From Verrucomicrobiia bacterium (GTDB lineage Bacteria; Verrucomicrobiota; Verrucomicrobiia; Limisphaerales; DASXHY01), in contig DATAZE010000035.1 in the NCBI GenBank assembly GCA_036272195.1, forward strand, positions 72,923 to 136,922: DNA of 64,000 nt, in the 5' to 3' direction. The translations under genes were made by a program, and so were the position numbers. The notes under the pieces are model-generated. The model was not told the DNA's origin, searched no databases, and saw only the letters and a program-made list of their open reading frames with translations. This document shows, in pieces, positions 27,783 through 37,670 of the stretch; the stretch's first letter is position 1, and each line of letters starts with the position of its first letter.

Positions 27783-29014
27783 AAATACGCCAGACGCAAT
27801 CTTCTCCGCGGAATGGAGTCTCAGCGCAGATCGATGGAAACAGAGCCGCGACTCTGGAAACGACTTCACGGATCGACACCGAAAGTTTGCTTTCACCGCC
27901 TCGCTACGTGTTCGGGAACAAATTTCCGAGGCCTACTCGTCCACAGTTAAAAATCGTCATTTTTGGTCCGTCGCTCAGTGCGCGCGGGAACGTTGACGCG
28001 GCCATTTATCGCGGGTTGCTCCGCGAACTTGGCGTGCGCGGCCATAATGTGTTGTTTCTCGAGCGTGGCGCATCAGGTGCGTTGCCCGGCCGTTCGTCGA
28101 AACCGGCGTCTGGGCGCATTGGGTGTTATTCCGGGCTCAAGGAATTGAAAGATCATTTTACCGTGGCGGTTCGCGAGGCCGATTTCGTGATGGTCGGTTC
28201 GCCGGTTGACGAAGCCATAGCGATCGGCGAATGGGTCACACAAACCGCGCAAGGCGCCACGGCATTTTACGACACGAATTTGCCGGCTACGATGGCGGGC
28301 CTGCTTCGAGGCACGGCAAATTCCATTTCCCCCGCGCTCATTCAGCGTTACCAGATGTTTTTGTCTGCCACCGGGGGGCCTTTGTTAAATTACATCGAAA
28401 CTCAATACGGGTCGCCGATGGCGCGACCTTTGTATCGCTCGGTGGATGCCACCCTGTTTTTTCCGGAACAACATGCGCTGAGGTGGGACCTTGGTTATTC
28501 GGGCGGATACAGCCGGGAGCGCCAGCAGTTGCTCGAGCGATTGCTGCTGGAACCGGCCCGGCGCTGGAGTGATGGAGAATTTGCCGTGGCGGGCCCGGGA
28601 TATCGGCATACCGTTCACTGGCCTAAAAATGTAAAACGCATCCCGCACATGCCGGCGGGAAAACTGCGCGGGTTTTTCAACGCACAACGCTTCGCGCTCA
28701 ATGTCACGTCGCCGGGCGAACACGCTATTGGTTTCTCGCCGGAAGCGCGGCTGTTTGAAGCGGCGGCTTGCGGCACGCCGGTCATTAGTGATTTCTGGCC
28801 GGGCATCGATACATTTTTCAAGCCGGACGATGAGATTTTGATTTCGCATTCGCCGGATGAAACGCTCGTTTACCTCGAAGAAATCCCGGAACTCGATCGG
28901 CGGCGCATGGGGTATCGCGCCCGCGAACGCGTGCTCGCCAGGCACACCACGCGCCATCGCGCCGCGGAGTTGGAGAGTTACGCGCTGCAAGTTTTGAAAC
29001 TCGGGGCGGCGTGA
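27779..29014 (+). CDS. CgeB-family glycosyltransferase-like protein (paralog 2)
   Basis: Same layout as paralog 1: LKIVIFGPSLSA...IYRGLLREL..GHNVLFLE; FEAAACGTPVISDFWPGIDTFFKPDDEILIS...ERVLARHTTRHRA. The TTG start overlaps the upstream stop. GTG at 27908 is an alternative start that would remove a 43-aa non-homologous leader. Confidence 0.65.
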   Translation: MKIRQTQSSPRNGVSAQIDGNRAATLETTSRIDTESLLSPPRYVFGNKFPRPTRPQLKIVIFGPSLSARGNVDAAIYRGLLRELGVRGHNVLFLERGASGALPGRSSKPASGRIGCYSGLKELKDHFTVAVREADFVMVGSPVDEAIAIGEWVTQTAQGATAFYDTNLPATMAGLLRGTANSISPALIQRYQMFLSATGGPLLNYIETQYGSPMARPLYRSVDATLFFPEQHALRWDLGYSGGYSRERQQLLERLLLEPARRWSDGEFAVAGPGYRHTVHWPKNVKRIPHMPAGKLRGFFNAQRFALNVTSPGEHAIGFSPEARLFEAAACGTPVISDFWPGIDTFFKPDDEILISHSPDETLVYLEEIPELDRRRMGYRARERVLARHTTRHRAAELESYALQVLKLGAA

Positions 29015-29143
29015 AACAACATCGTTTCCGTGGCCCTCCCGGAAATTTTACTTCTATTGAAAACGCAAGGCGTATAAATACCGTTCATGGATAGGGGAAC
29101 CCCTTATTGAGCCGGCCTGCGCCAGAGCGTTTCTTACAGTGCT

Positions 29144-29806
29144 ATGGAACTTGTTGTATTGAATGTCGGCTATCCGTTCGCACCGGTTGGCCCGGAAATT
29201 TTTGGTGATGCGGAAAAAACACTGGCGCGGCTTGATTCGGCGCTGGCTCGGGCGGGCCACGAATCTTTCGTGATGGCTTGCGAAGGCTCGGTCACCGAGG
29301 GAATTCTTTTGGCCACACCGAAACCTTCAGGTCGTCTCGATGAGGCGGAGCGATTCCGGATTCACGAGCAATACCGTTTTACGCTGCAATCTTTTCTGAA
29401 GAAGTGGCCGATTGATTTGATCCATATGCACGGGCTGGATTTTTATGAATATCTTCCCGAACCGGGCGTTCCGGTGCTGGTGACGTTGCATTCGCCGATC
29501 GAGCGTTATCCGGAAACGATTTTTCATCTGAATCGGCCGCAGACGTTTCTCCACTGCCCATCCACTGCCCAACACCTCGCCTGTCCGCCATGCGAAAACC
29601 TGCTGGCAGAGGCGGGAGACGGCGCGCCCATCGAGAAATATTTGGCGATTTACGAACGGCTCGTCGAGGAGGCCCGGGCTTTGGAAGCCGCGACGGAAGC
29701 GGCGAACGTCCAATTGCAAGAAAATCTCAGTGCCACGCCAGAACCGATTTTAGGTGGGTCTAAAATCGCCGATTATTCCTTTCTTACCCCACTTCCGCAG
29801 GAATGA
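29144..29806 (+). CDS. GT4-type glycosyltransferase, N-terminal Rossmann domain only
   Basis: 220 aa. MELVVLNVGYPFAPVGPEIFGDAEKTLARLDSALARAGHE and DLIHMHGLDFYEYLP..GVPVLVTLH match the GT-B N-domain. The C-terminal nucleotide-sugar-binding domain (E-x7-E region) is absent. Confidence 0.5.
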   Translation: MELVVLNVGYPFAPVGPEIFGDAEKTLARLDSALARAGHESFVMACEGSVTEGILLATPKPSGRLDEAERFRIHEQYRFTLQSFLKKWPIDLIHMHGLDFYEYLPEPGVPVLVTLHSPIERYPETIFHLNRPQTFLHCPSTAQHLACPPCENLLAEAGDGAPIEKYLAIYERLVEEARALEAATEAANVQLQENLSATPEPILGGSKIADYSFLTPLPQE

Positions 29807-29883
29807 TTTTCGGCGATGGTTGCGCGGCTTGGTGAACGCCTGATTTTTCCATTCAAGATTTCCGACGTTCGCAGCCTTTTTTG

Positions 29884-31872
29884 ATGAAAACATTTTTCTC
29901 GCGGGCAGGTCGGGTTCGATATGCGGTTCTGGCGTTATTGTTGGCGGGCCTAAGTTTTTCCGCAAACGGGCAGGTGAACAGTTGGACCGGTTCCGCCAGC
30001 GGTAATTGGGAGGACGCCAGTTGGTCCCTGGGAATTCTGCCAGGAGCGGGACAGACGATATTGATCACGAATGCAAACTGGAAGGCCGTCGCCATTGGGA
30101 CAAATACCGCGCTGAACTTTCCGCAAAGCTTGACGGTGGATTCGATTACCGTCTCGTCGCCGGCAGATACCTCGAACACGCTCTTATTGAATTACGCGGG
30201 CATCAACAATCCGTTGTCCGCGAACTCACTGACGGTGGCGAGCAATTCGGCCGTGATGATGAATGGATCGGCCTTGCAGGTATCCAATCTGATCACGGTC
30301 AACGGCACCTTCACCGAGGATATGTTTTCGGTGGTCACGAATTTGTCCCTGGACGTGGAGACGATCGGCGCCGGCGGTTTCAATTTAAACAGCGGCCTGC
30401 TGATTTCCGGTTTTGGCGAGGACATCGGCCTCAAATTTCCCTCGACCTTTGTGCAGGCGGGGGGAACGAATCATGCGGTGGGCGTGCGGGTCTATCCGAA
30501 TTCTGAATACGACCTGAACGGCGGTTTGCTGGATGGGGTTATTATTTTGCGGCCCCAGGCAACGTTCAGGCAGCAGGGTGGGGTGGTGGATAATTCCACA
30601 AATAGCGCGAATCTCACCAGCGTTGACGGAAATTTTTTGCAGTCCGGTGGCATGTTCATCGGGCCGACAAACAGCGGGATGTATCTTCCGGGTTATTTCT
30701 TTTTGCATCAGGGCACTGCTTCGGGCTCGGCGTTGCAAACCGGGGGGACGAATGTGCAAAACAATCTTAACTTGGGAAATCAAACCGCCGCTGAAAATCA
30801 GGACAACGGGCAGGCGCCGCCATATGGAGGAACTTACACCTTATCGAATGGCGTCGTAGTCACGTCGGGAACAATTGTGGCCGCTAACGGCACGATGGAA
30901 CAAGCAGGCGGCACGCACATCGTGAACGGCACGTTGAACCTGCAGGGGAGTCTCTATTATGCGTTCAGTGTCATCAATGAAACGACGCCAGCCGTCTATC
31001 GGCTGGATGGCGGGACGTTGTCGGCGCAGGAGGAATTGGTCGGCGTGGCGGCGAACTTTTCACAGGCGGGAGGAACAAATCACGTTGCGGATACCATCTC
31101 GTTTGCTCAACCGAGCAATCCGATAGGTGCTTCCGGACGCGGTCAATATTCCCTCAACAACGGTGAATTGGCGGCTTCGAACATCTTGGTTTTGGGCGGG
31201 CAATTGAACCAGTCGGGTGGCGATTTGGTGGTGACCAACCAACTGTTGCTGCAAAACACAACCTTTCAACAAACCGGCGGCACGCTCAAACAATCCGGAC
31301 TGCTCTCTCTGCTTAGCGCGAATTGGTATCCCGCTTCGGGGAGCCAACAACCTGGCCAATTGAAACTGGCCGACGGCGGATCGGACTCGCTTGGCCTGCC
31401 AGCCAGCGCGTGCGTGTTGCAGTTCGCCGATAGCAGTGGCGTCGCGTGGTCGGGTGGGGTTTTGCAAATTTTGAATTGGTCGGGTTCGATTTACGGAGGT
31501 GGAAACCAACGCATCATTTTCGGCAACGGTGCCGGCGCATTGACCGGGCAGCAACTGAGCCAGATTACGTTCGCGAACCCCATTGGTCTGGCGTCGGGAA
31601 ACTATCCCGCGCGCATTCTGGCGACGGGTGAAATGGTACCGAATACCGGAAGTGCGCTGCCAGTGGCGCTGAGCCTTGCGAGCCAATCGAATTCGTCGGT
31701 GCGAATTGTCATTGGGGGGCAAATTGGAAGCAATTACATCATTCAAACCTCCACTGACCTCGTGCATTGGGTGCCGTGGACCACGCAACTCGATTCTACC
31801 GGCACGATTGGCGTGAATGACTCCACAGCAAGCGCTCCTACACGATTTTATCGAGTGATCCAGATGCCGTAA
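29884..31872 (+). CDS. Secreted repeat protein with C-terminal STDLxxWxP...FYR beta-sandwich module
   Basis: Signal peptide (AVLALLLAGLSFSANGQ). N-terminal NSWTGSASGNWEDASW. Repeated QxGGT.. beta-strand units. The tail IIQTSTDLVHWVPWTTQ...RFYRVIQ is common in PVC-type secreted proteins. Confidence 0.6.
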   Translation: MKTFFSRAGRVRYAVLALLLAGLSFSANGQVNSWTGSASGNWEDASWSLGILPGAGQTILITNANWKAVAIGTNTALNFPQSLTVDSITVSSPADTSNTLLLNYAGINNPLSANSLTVASNSAVMMNGSALQVSNLITVNGTFTEDMFSVVTNLSLDVETIGAGGFNLNSGLLISGFGEDIGLKFPSTFVQAGGTNHAVGVRVYPNSEYDLNGGLLDGVIILRPQATFRQQGGVVDNSTNSANLTSVDGNFLQSGGMFIGPTNSGMYLPGYFFLHQGTASGSALQTGGTNVQNNLNLGNQTAAENQDNGQAPPYGGTYTLSNGVVVTSGTIVAANGTMEQAGGTHIVNGTLNLQGSLYYAFSVINETTPAVYRLDGGTLSAQEELVGVAANFSQAGGTNHVADTISFAQPSNPIGASGRGQYSLNNGELAASNILVLGGQLNQSGGDLVVTNQLLLQNTTFQQTGGTLKQSGLLSLLSANWYPASGSQQPGQLKLADGGSDSLGLPASACVLQFADSSGVAWSGGVLQILNWSGSIYGGGNQRIIFGNGAGALTGQQLSQITFANPIGLASGNYPARILATGEMVPNTGSALPVALSLASQSNSSVRIVIGGQIGSNYIIQTSTDLVHWVPWTTQLDSTGTIGVNDSTASAPTRFYRVIQMP

Positions 31873-32037
31873 TCAAGAAGGGGAGCGTCACCGCCTCCCG
31901 CCGGGCCGAACCGCGGCACCGCTGCGTTTGTAATTCTGCCTTCAGGGGTTAGGCGCCATTTTCACGCTCGACCGACCGCGTAAACGCGGAACTACAAACA
32001 TCCGGACGCACCTCGACGTCGTGTTTAAAAACCCCCC

Positions 32038-32065
32038 TTGACACTTTCCTGATGCAGTGTAACAT
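32038..32065 (+). promoter_or_regulatory. Sigma70-like promoter of the TetR gene
   Basis: TTGACA (32038-32043), 16-nt spacer, TAACAT (32060-32065). This would give a very short or leaderless 5-prime UTR before the ATG at 32080. Confidence 0.5.
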
Positions 32066-32083
32066 ACCAACTAGTCTGTATGT
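32062..32083. promoter_or_regulatory. TetR-type operator 1 (imperfect 22-bp palindrome overlapping the -10 box and start codon)
   Basis: acataccaactagtctgtatgt is self-complementary at 18 of 22 positions. It shares the half-site ACATACCAAC with the palindrome at 32805-32826. Confidence 0.6.
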
Positions 32084-32751
32084 TAACGCGAAGCCAAAAA
32101 ACGGAAGAACCGGGCACCAAATTAAAATTACTGGATGCCGCGGTGGTATTGATGCGCAGAAAAGGATTCGCCGCGACTACGGTGGACGAAATCTGTGCCG
32201 AGGCGGGCGTCACCAAGGGCGGGTTCTTTCACTATTTCAAAACCAAGGACGACATTGCCAAAGCTGCCATCGAACGCTTTTACGAGAGCAAAGCGGTGGA
32301 ATTTCAAGAGGCGCCATTTCGTAAGCTGGCTGATCCGCTGGATCGGGTTTTTGGGCGGCTGGATTTTGCAAAAAAATCCTCGGGAGGCAGCCGGCAGGTG
32401 ACGAAAGGTTGTTTGCTGGGAATGTTCGCCCAGGAACTGTCCTTTACCAATCCCGGGCTGCGGGACACCTGCCGAAGCGCGCTGGAACGAATCGCGGCCG
32501 ATTTCGAAAAGGATCTAGCCGAGGCCAAAGCGATTTATTCGCCTAAAATGGAATTTGAACCCCGGAGCGTGGCGATGCTTTATTTGTCCATTATACAGGG
32601 GTCTCAGATGATGGCCAAGGTTGCCGAAAGCAATGCGGTGCTGGCCGAAAACATCGAACAGTTCCGCCGCTATCTGCAAAGCATCTTTGGTGTGTCGCCA
32701 TCACGCGCCAGGAAACCGGGAAGTAAAGCTTTCGACAGTTCGTCGAACTAA
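32080..32751 (+). CDS. TetR/AcrR-family transcriptional regulator
   Basis: 223 aa. HTH region KLLDAAVVLMRRKGFAATTVDEICAEAGVTKGGFFHYFKTKDDI. Confidence 0.9.
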   Translation: MLTRSQKTEEPGTKLKLLDAAVVLMRRKGFAATTVDEICAEAGVTKGGFFHYFKTKDDIAKAAIERFYESKAVEFQEAPFRKLADPLDRVFGRLDFAKKSSGGSRQVTKGCLLGMFAQELSFTNPGLRDTCRSALERIAADFEKDLAEAKAIYSPKMEFEPRSVAMLYLSIIQGSQMMAKVAESNAVLAENIEQFRRYLQSIFGVSPSRARKPGSKAFDSSSN

Positions 32752-32804
32752 TCCATTAAGAACAATGAACTCTTTCGTCAAAGAACGAATTTTCTGCATC
32801 ACAA

Positions 32805-32826
32805 ACATACCAACCGGTTGGTATTT
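32805..32826. promoter_or_regulatory. TetR-type operator 2 upstream of the efflux genes
   Basis: acataccaaccggttggtattt contains a perfect 18-bp palindrome ataccaaccggttggtat (32807-32824). It lies 36 nt upstream of the HlyD-family start codon. Confidence 0.65.
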
Positions 32827-32861
32827 AAATAATTAATCAAGAAGCGAGGGAAAGAATAATT

Positions 32862-34061
32862 ATGAATACAACAGCTTTATCCGCCGCAAATGGAAATGCC
32901 GCGCGACGCAGTGGAGTCGCTGAACCCATCATTCAGCCGGCGCGCCCAAATGGCGACAGTCGGATTGAACTAAATGAAGATCGGGATTCGGCAAGGCCAC
33001 AAAAAACTCCCCACCGGATTTTCAAGCGCCTGGCTCTCGGAGCGTTAATTATTTCAGCGGGGCTTGGCGTCGCGGCATTGGCGCATCAGTGGTGGACGGT
33101 CGGCCGTTATGTGGAGAGCACGGATGACGCTTACGTGGGCGGCGACGTGACGGTGATTGCTCCGAAGGTGGCGGGGTTTGTCGCGCAATTAGCGGTCACC
33201 GACAATCAAGCGGTTCACGCCGGAGATTTGTTGGTCAAATTGGACGATCGCGATTATCGGGCTGCACTCGCGAAGGCAGAAGCCGCGGTCGCGATTCAGC
33301 GGGCCGCTTTGACCAACCTCGACGCCCTCGCGCGGTTGCAGGAGGCTGTCATCGCTCAAGCGCAGGCGGCCATTGTCGCGACGAGCGCCGAGCAGCAGCG
33401 TGCGCATGACGACCAGGCGCGTTATCAGCACCTTGTCTCCACCGGCGCGGTTTCGGCGCAAAGTTTTCAGAAGGCGGACACCGATTACAAACAAGCCCTG
33501 GCCAATGACGACAAGGCGCAAGCCGTCTTGACGGCGGCGCAGCGGCAGTTGGAAGTCATCGCCACGCAAAAGGGACAGACGCAGGCAGCGTTGCAACAAG
33601 CCATCGCTGAGCGGGACCTGGCGCAACTGAACCTGAGTTACACTGAACTGCGCGCGCCAATGGATGGCACGGTCGGAAATCGGAGCGCGCAAGTGGGCGC
33701 GTACGCAACGGTTGGCGCGCAATTGATTTCGCTCGTGCCGGCGCGCGGCCTGTGGATCGATGCGAATTTCAAGGAAAGCCAGCTCGCGAAAATGCAGCCC
33801 GGCTCACCGGTGGCAGTGAGGGTCGATTTGATTTCCGGCAAAAAATTTCGCGGGCATGTTGTCAGTATTGCGCCGGCCACCGGCGCTCAATTCAGCGTGT
33901 TGCCGCCGGAAAATGCCACCGGCAATTTCACGAAAATCGTCCAGCGCCTGGCGGTGCGCATCGCGATTGATGGCGACCCCGCCGCGCAGGCCCAGTTGCG
34001 GCCCGGACTGTCGGTGACGGCCAAGGTGGATACGCGGGAGACGGGAAAGGCTGGCTTATGA
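32862..34061 (+). CDS. HlyD-family membrane fusion protein (EmrA-like)
   Basis: 399 aa. Single N-terminal TM. STDDAYVGGDVTVIAPKVAGFV, a long coiled-coil, then LRAPMDGTVGNRSAQVG. Confidence 0.85.
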   Translation: MNTTALSAANGNAARRSGVAEPIIQPARPNGDSRIELNEDRDSARPQKTPHRIFKRLALGALIISAGLGVAALAHQWWTVGRYVESTDDAYVGGDVTVIAPKVAGFVAQLAVTDNQAVHAGDLLVKLDDRDYRAALAKAEAAVAIQRAALTNLDALARLQEAVIAQAQAAIVATSAEQQRAHDDQARYQHLVSTGAVSAQSFQKADTDYKQALANDDKAQAVLTAAQRQLEVIATQKGQTQAALQQAIAERDLAQLNLSYTELRAPMDGTVGNRSAQVGAYATVGAQLISLVPARGLWIDANFKESQLAKMQPGSPVAVRVDLISGKKFRGHVVSIAPATGAQFSVLPPENATGNFTKIVQRLAVRIAIDGDPAAQAQLRPGLSVTAKVDTRETGKAGL

Positions 34062-35623
34062 ACAATGCCACCAAATCTTCGGGATGGGTGAGGGAGATTT
34101 TGCCCTTTGTGGTCATGTGCGTGGGCATGTTCATGGCGTTGCTGGATATTCAGATCGTGGCGTCGTCGTTGCAGGACATAGGCGGCGGATTATCAGCCGC
34201 GCAAGATCAGATTAGTTGGGTGCAAACGGCTTATCTGATTGCCGAGATTTGCATGATTCCGCTTTCCGGTTGGTTGACGCGCGTTTTTTCTACGCGCTGG
34301 CTCTTCACGGCTTCGGCGGCGGGTTTCACGGCCACCAGTTTGTTGTGCGGGCTCGCGTGGAACATTGAAAGCATGATCGTCTTCCGCGCATTGCAGGGGC
34401 TTCTGGGCGCATCGATGATTCCCACAGTATTCACGTCTTCGTTTCATTATTTTCAGGGGACGCGGCGCGTTTATTCGGCTGCGGTCATTGGGACCATCGC
34501 TTCCGTCGCGCCCACGCTTGGTCCGGTGATTGGCGGCTGGATAACGGACACTTTGAATTGGCGCTGGCTGTTTTACATCAATCTTTTCCCGGGCGTGCTG
34601 GTCACCATTCTGGTGCCGTTCCTGGTGAAAATGGACAAGCCGGATCTATCGCTGCTTAAAAAGGCGGATTATTCCGGAATCATCCTAATGGCTGTCGGAC
34701 TGGGCAGCTTGCAATATGTGCTGGAGGAAGGCGCGCGATGGAATTGGTTCGATGACAATACGATTCGGGCGTTCGCGGTCATCGCCGTGGTGGCCGGTGT
34801 CCTGTTCGTGGTGCGCAGCCTGACGTTTGCAAATCCGGTGGTGGACTTGCGCGCGCTGCGCAATCGGAATTTCCTGTTGGGATGTATTTTGTCGTTTGTC
34901 ACCGGCGTGGCGATTTTTTCCACCATTTACCTGACCCCGTTGTTCCTGGGTTATGTTCGCGGATTCAGCGCCTGGCAGATTGGCGTCGCGATTGCGGTGA
35001 CTGGCGCGGCCTCGCTCGTGGGCGTTCCGGTTTATATTCTGCTGGCGAAGAGATTCGACACGCGCTGGCTGATGATGTTCGGCATGGCTTGTTTTGGCGT
35101 CTCCATGTGGAGCTTTACGTTTATCACTCACGATTGGGGCGCGAAGGAATTGGTTCTGCCGCAACTGCTGCGCGGATTTCCGCAGGTGTTTGCCGTGGCT
35201 CCTGCCGTTACTCTCGGCCTCGGCAGCCTGCCGCCGGATCGGCTCAAGTATGCGAGCGGATTATTTAACATGATGCGCAACCTCGGAGGCGCCATCGGCA
35301 TCGCGGTCTGCGGCACCATTTTGAACGATCGAACCAACCTGCATTTTCTCCGGCTCGCGGAACATCTGAATGCGACCAATGTCCCGATGCAGCAGATGTT
35401 GAACAAAGTAACCACGAAGGTGGCGGCGGTTCACGGCGGCGACATCGTTCACGGGCACGCTGCCGCGCTCAAGCAACTCTGGTCGCTGACGCATCGCGAG
35501 GCTCAGGTGCAAACCTTCGCCGATGCTTTCCTTGTCATTGCTGCGTCTCTGGTTATCGCCACCGTGCTCGTGCCGCTGTTGCGGAAAGTCGCCGCGCCGG
35601 CCATGCCCGCGGCGGCGCATTGA
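34058..35623 (+). CDS. DHA2-family MFS efflux transporter (EmrB/QacA-like, 14 TM)
   Basis: 521 aa. MALLDIQIVASSLQDI, LSGWLTRVFSTRW, FRALQGLLGASMIP. ATGA overlap with the upstream gene. Confidence 0.85.
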   Translation: MNNATKSSGWVREILPFVVMCVGMFMALLDIQIVASSLQDIGGGLSAAQDQISWVQTAYLIAEICMIPLSGWLTRVFSTRWLFTASAAGFTATSLLCGLAWNIESMIVFRALQGLLGASMIPTVFTSSFHYFQGTRRVYSAAVIGTIASVAPTLGPVIGGWITDTLNWRWLFYINLFPGVLVTILVPFLVKMDKPDLSLLKKADYSGIILMAVGLGSLQYVLEEGARWNWFDDNTIRAFAVIAVVAGVLFVVRSLTFANPVVDLRALRNRNFLLGCILSFVTGVAIFSTIYLTPLFLGYVRGFSAWQIGVAIAVTGAASLVGVPVYILLAKRFDTRWLMMFGMACFGVSMWSFTFITHDWGAKELVLPQLLRGFPQVFAVAPAVTLGLGSLPPDRLKYASGLFNMMRNLGGAIGIAVCGTILNDRTNLHFLRLAEHLNATNVPMQQMLNKVTTKVAAVHGGDIVHGHAAALKQLWSLTHREAQVQTFADAFLVIAASLVIATVLVPLLRKVAAPAMPAAAH

Positions 35624-35806
35624 AATTCAGAAGACGATTTAACGCAAAGGCGCAAAGATGCGAAGGCGCCAAGATTTCGAACTTTTGTCGATGGCATTTT
35701 GGATTACTGTTTAGGGCGTTTCAAAAATATCGTGGCCACTTTCATCTTCGAAACCTGATCCTCTGAGGATTTCTATCGAAAAAATTGCAGAAGGCATATT
35801 GAACTC

Positions 35807-35853
35807 GAGCCTCCCTATTTGAATTCGCGCAAATAGGGAGGCTCATATTTTTC
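35807..35853 (+). terminator. Strong stem-loop with T-tract, 184 nt downstream of the MFS gene
   Basis: gagcctccctatttg (35807-35821) and caaatagggaggctc (35830-35844) form a perfect 15-bp stem with an 8-nt loop, followed by atattttt. Confidence 0.7.
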
Positions 35854-36087
35854 AAGACAGAAATAATAGTTGATCGATTCCGGCAATCTTGGTGCGCACA
35901 ACGGATAATCGTCCGAGTGTGGATTCGGATGTGTTCCGCGTGTCATTTTTGAAAGCGCGCCGCCGGCCTCGTTTGTGAAGCCGCTCATTTTCCGTGTTTT
36001 GAAACGGGCTAGTCAACCCCCCTTTTTCTAGGATGTTTACTTTTTTCAGGAGGCTGGGAAACTATCGTTAAATCACGCCCAAAGCCT

Positions 36088-37464
36088 ATGAACCGCAAAA
36101 GCCGTAAAAATTCCTTCCAGATTTCACGACGTTCTTTTCTCGCCCGATGCAGCGCCGTGGCGGCTGTCACGGGATTGCCGTTGTGGTTCGTTCAAAGAAA
36201 TGCCGTCCTGGCCGCGGAGACAAGTGGCAACGCGTCCAACTCCCCAAAACCCAATGACCGCCCGGGCATTGGCTTGATTGGATGCGGGGGTATGGGGACT
36301 GGTGATGCTCAGAACGCGAGTGGTTACGGAGACATCCTCGCGGTGTGCGACGTGAACCAGGAACACTTGGACGCCGCCGCGCAACATTTTACCAAGGATG
36401 GCAAAGTTCCCACCAAGTACAGCGATTTCCGCAAAGTGATGGAGCGGGACGATATCCATATCATTGTGCAAGCCACGCCCGACCATTGGCACACGCCGAT
36501 AAACATCGCCGCGGCGAAGGCGAAGAAGGATGTCTACGGCGAAAAGCCGCTTACCCTGACGATTGATGAGGGCAAGCACGTCATCAAAGCGGTGCGCGAC
36601 AATAAAATTGTTTTCCAGACCGGCACACAACAGCGCAGCAGCCAGCGTTTTCATCTGGCTTGCGAACTCGTCCGCAACGGGCGCATTGGCAAGCTGCAGG
36701 AGGTGAATGTGTGGGTTCCGGCGGGGCTGCGCGAAGGCCCTTTCAAGACCGGCCAGGTTGCGCCGCCCACGATGAATTTTGATTTCTGGCTCGGCCAGGC
36801 GCCGCAGGTGGATTACATGAACGAGCGTTGCGAGAACACATTCCGCTGGTGGTGGGATTACGCGGGCGGCCCGGTAACCGATTGGGGCGCGCATCATAAC
36901 GACATCGCCCGCTGGGGTATTGGCGAGGACGGGCCGATTGGCATCGAAGCGAAGGTGATTACCGGGCCGATTCCCGGTGGATTTACCACACCCAGCGAAT
37001 TCGAGGCGACGTTGACCTGGAAAAACGGCGTCAAACAAGTCGTCAAAACGACGCGCGACGACAGCCCCTTTGGCGCGATTCTCAAGCCGGACGGACAGCG
37101 CAACGGCGTGAAATTCAGCGGCTCGGAGGGATGGATTTGGGTCAACCGAGAGGAAATTACCGCCAGTGATAAAGAACTCCTCAGGGCCCCGTTGCCTGAA
37201 AACGCCGTCCACCTCGAAGTCAGCCACAATCACATGGGAAATTTCTTTGATTGCGTGCTCTCGCGCAAAGACCCGATTTCCAAAATTGAAGACGGCCACC
37301 GTTCGGCGGTTATTGGCCATCTGATTATTATCGCGCTACGCAACGACTTGCGTTGCGCCTGGGATCCCGTGCAGGAAGTATTCACCGGTCCCGACGCGCA
37401 GGAAGCGAATCGCCATCTCGCGCGCGAAATGCGCAAGCCATACGATTATAGTTTCGTAGCCTGA
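36088..37464 (+). CDS. Gfo/Idh/MocA-family oxidoreductase with TAT signal
   Basis: 458 aa. SRRSFLARCSAVAAVTG twin-arginine signal. Rossmann motif IGLIGCGGMG. EKPLT motif. Confidence 0.85.
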   Translation: MNRKSRKNSFQISRRSFLARCSAVAAVTGLPLWFVQRNAVLAAETSGNASNSPKPNDRPGIGLIGCGGMGTGDAQNASGYGDILAVCDVNQEHLDAAAQHFTKDGKVPTKYSDFRKVMERDDIHIIVQATPDHWHTPINIAAAKAKKDVYGEKPLTLTIDEGKHVIKAVRDNKIVFQTGTQQRSSQRFHLACELVRNGRIGKLQEVNVWVPAGLREGPFKTGQVAPPTMNFDFWLGQAPQVDYMNERCENTFRWWWDYAGGPVTDWGAHHNDIARWGIGEDGPIGIEAKVITGPIPGGFTTPSEFEATLTWKNGVKQVVKTTRDDSPFGAILKPDGQRNGVKFSGSEGWIWVNREEITASDKELLRAPLPENAVHLEVSHNHMGNFFDCVLSRKDPISKIEDGHRSAVIGHLIIIALRNDLRCAWDPVQEVFTGPDAQEANRHLAREMRKPYDYSFVA

Positions 37465-37670
37465 GCCAGACATCTTCGCGCTCCGTTGGCGGGGTCTTCA
37501 GGCTGGATGCGTATGTGTTGGGATTGAGGCTCGGGATTTTACCCGACTTCGGTTACGCGTTAACGAAATTGCGGTCGAATTTTGGATGCGTTTCCCCTGC
37601 GCATTGACCGGATACGTCTTGACGATGCCAGTCCCGGTTTGGTACCCTTTCTACCCAACCCACAACGAGC

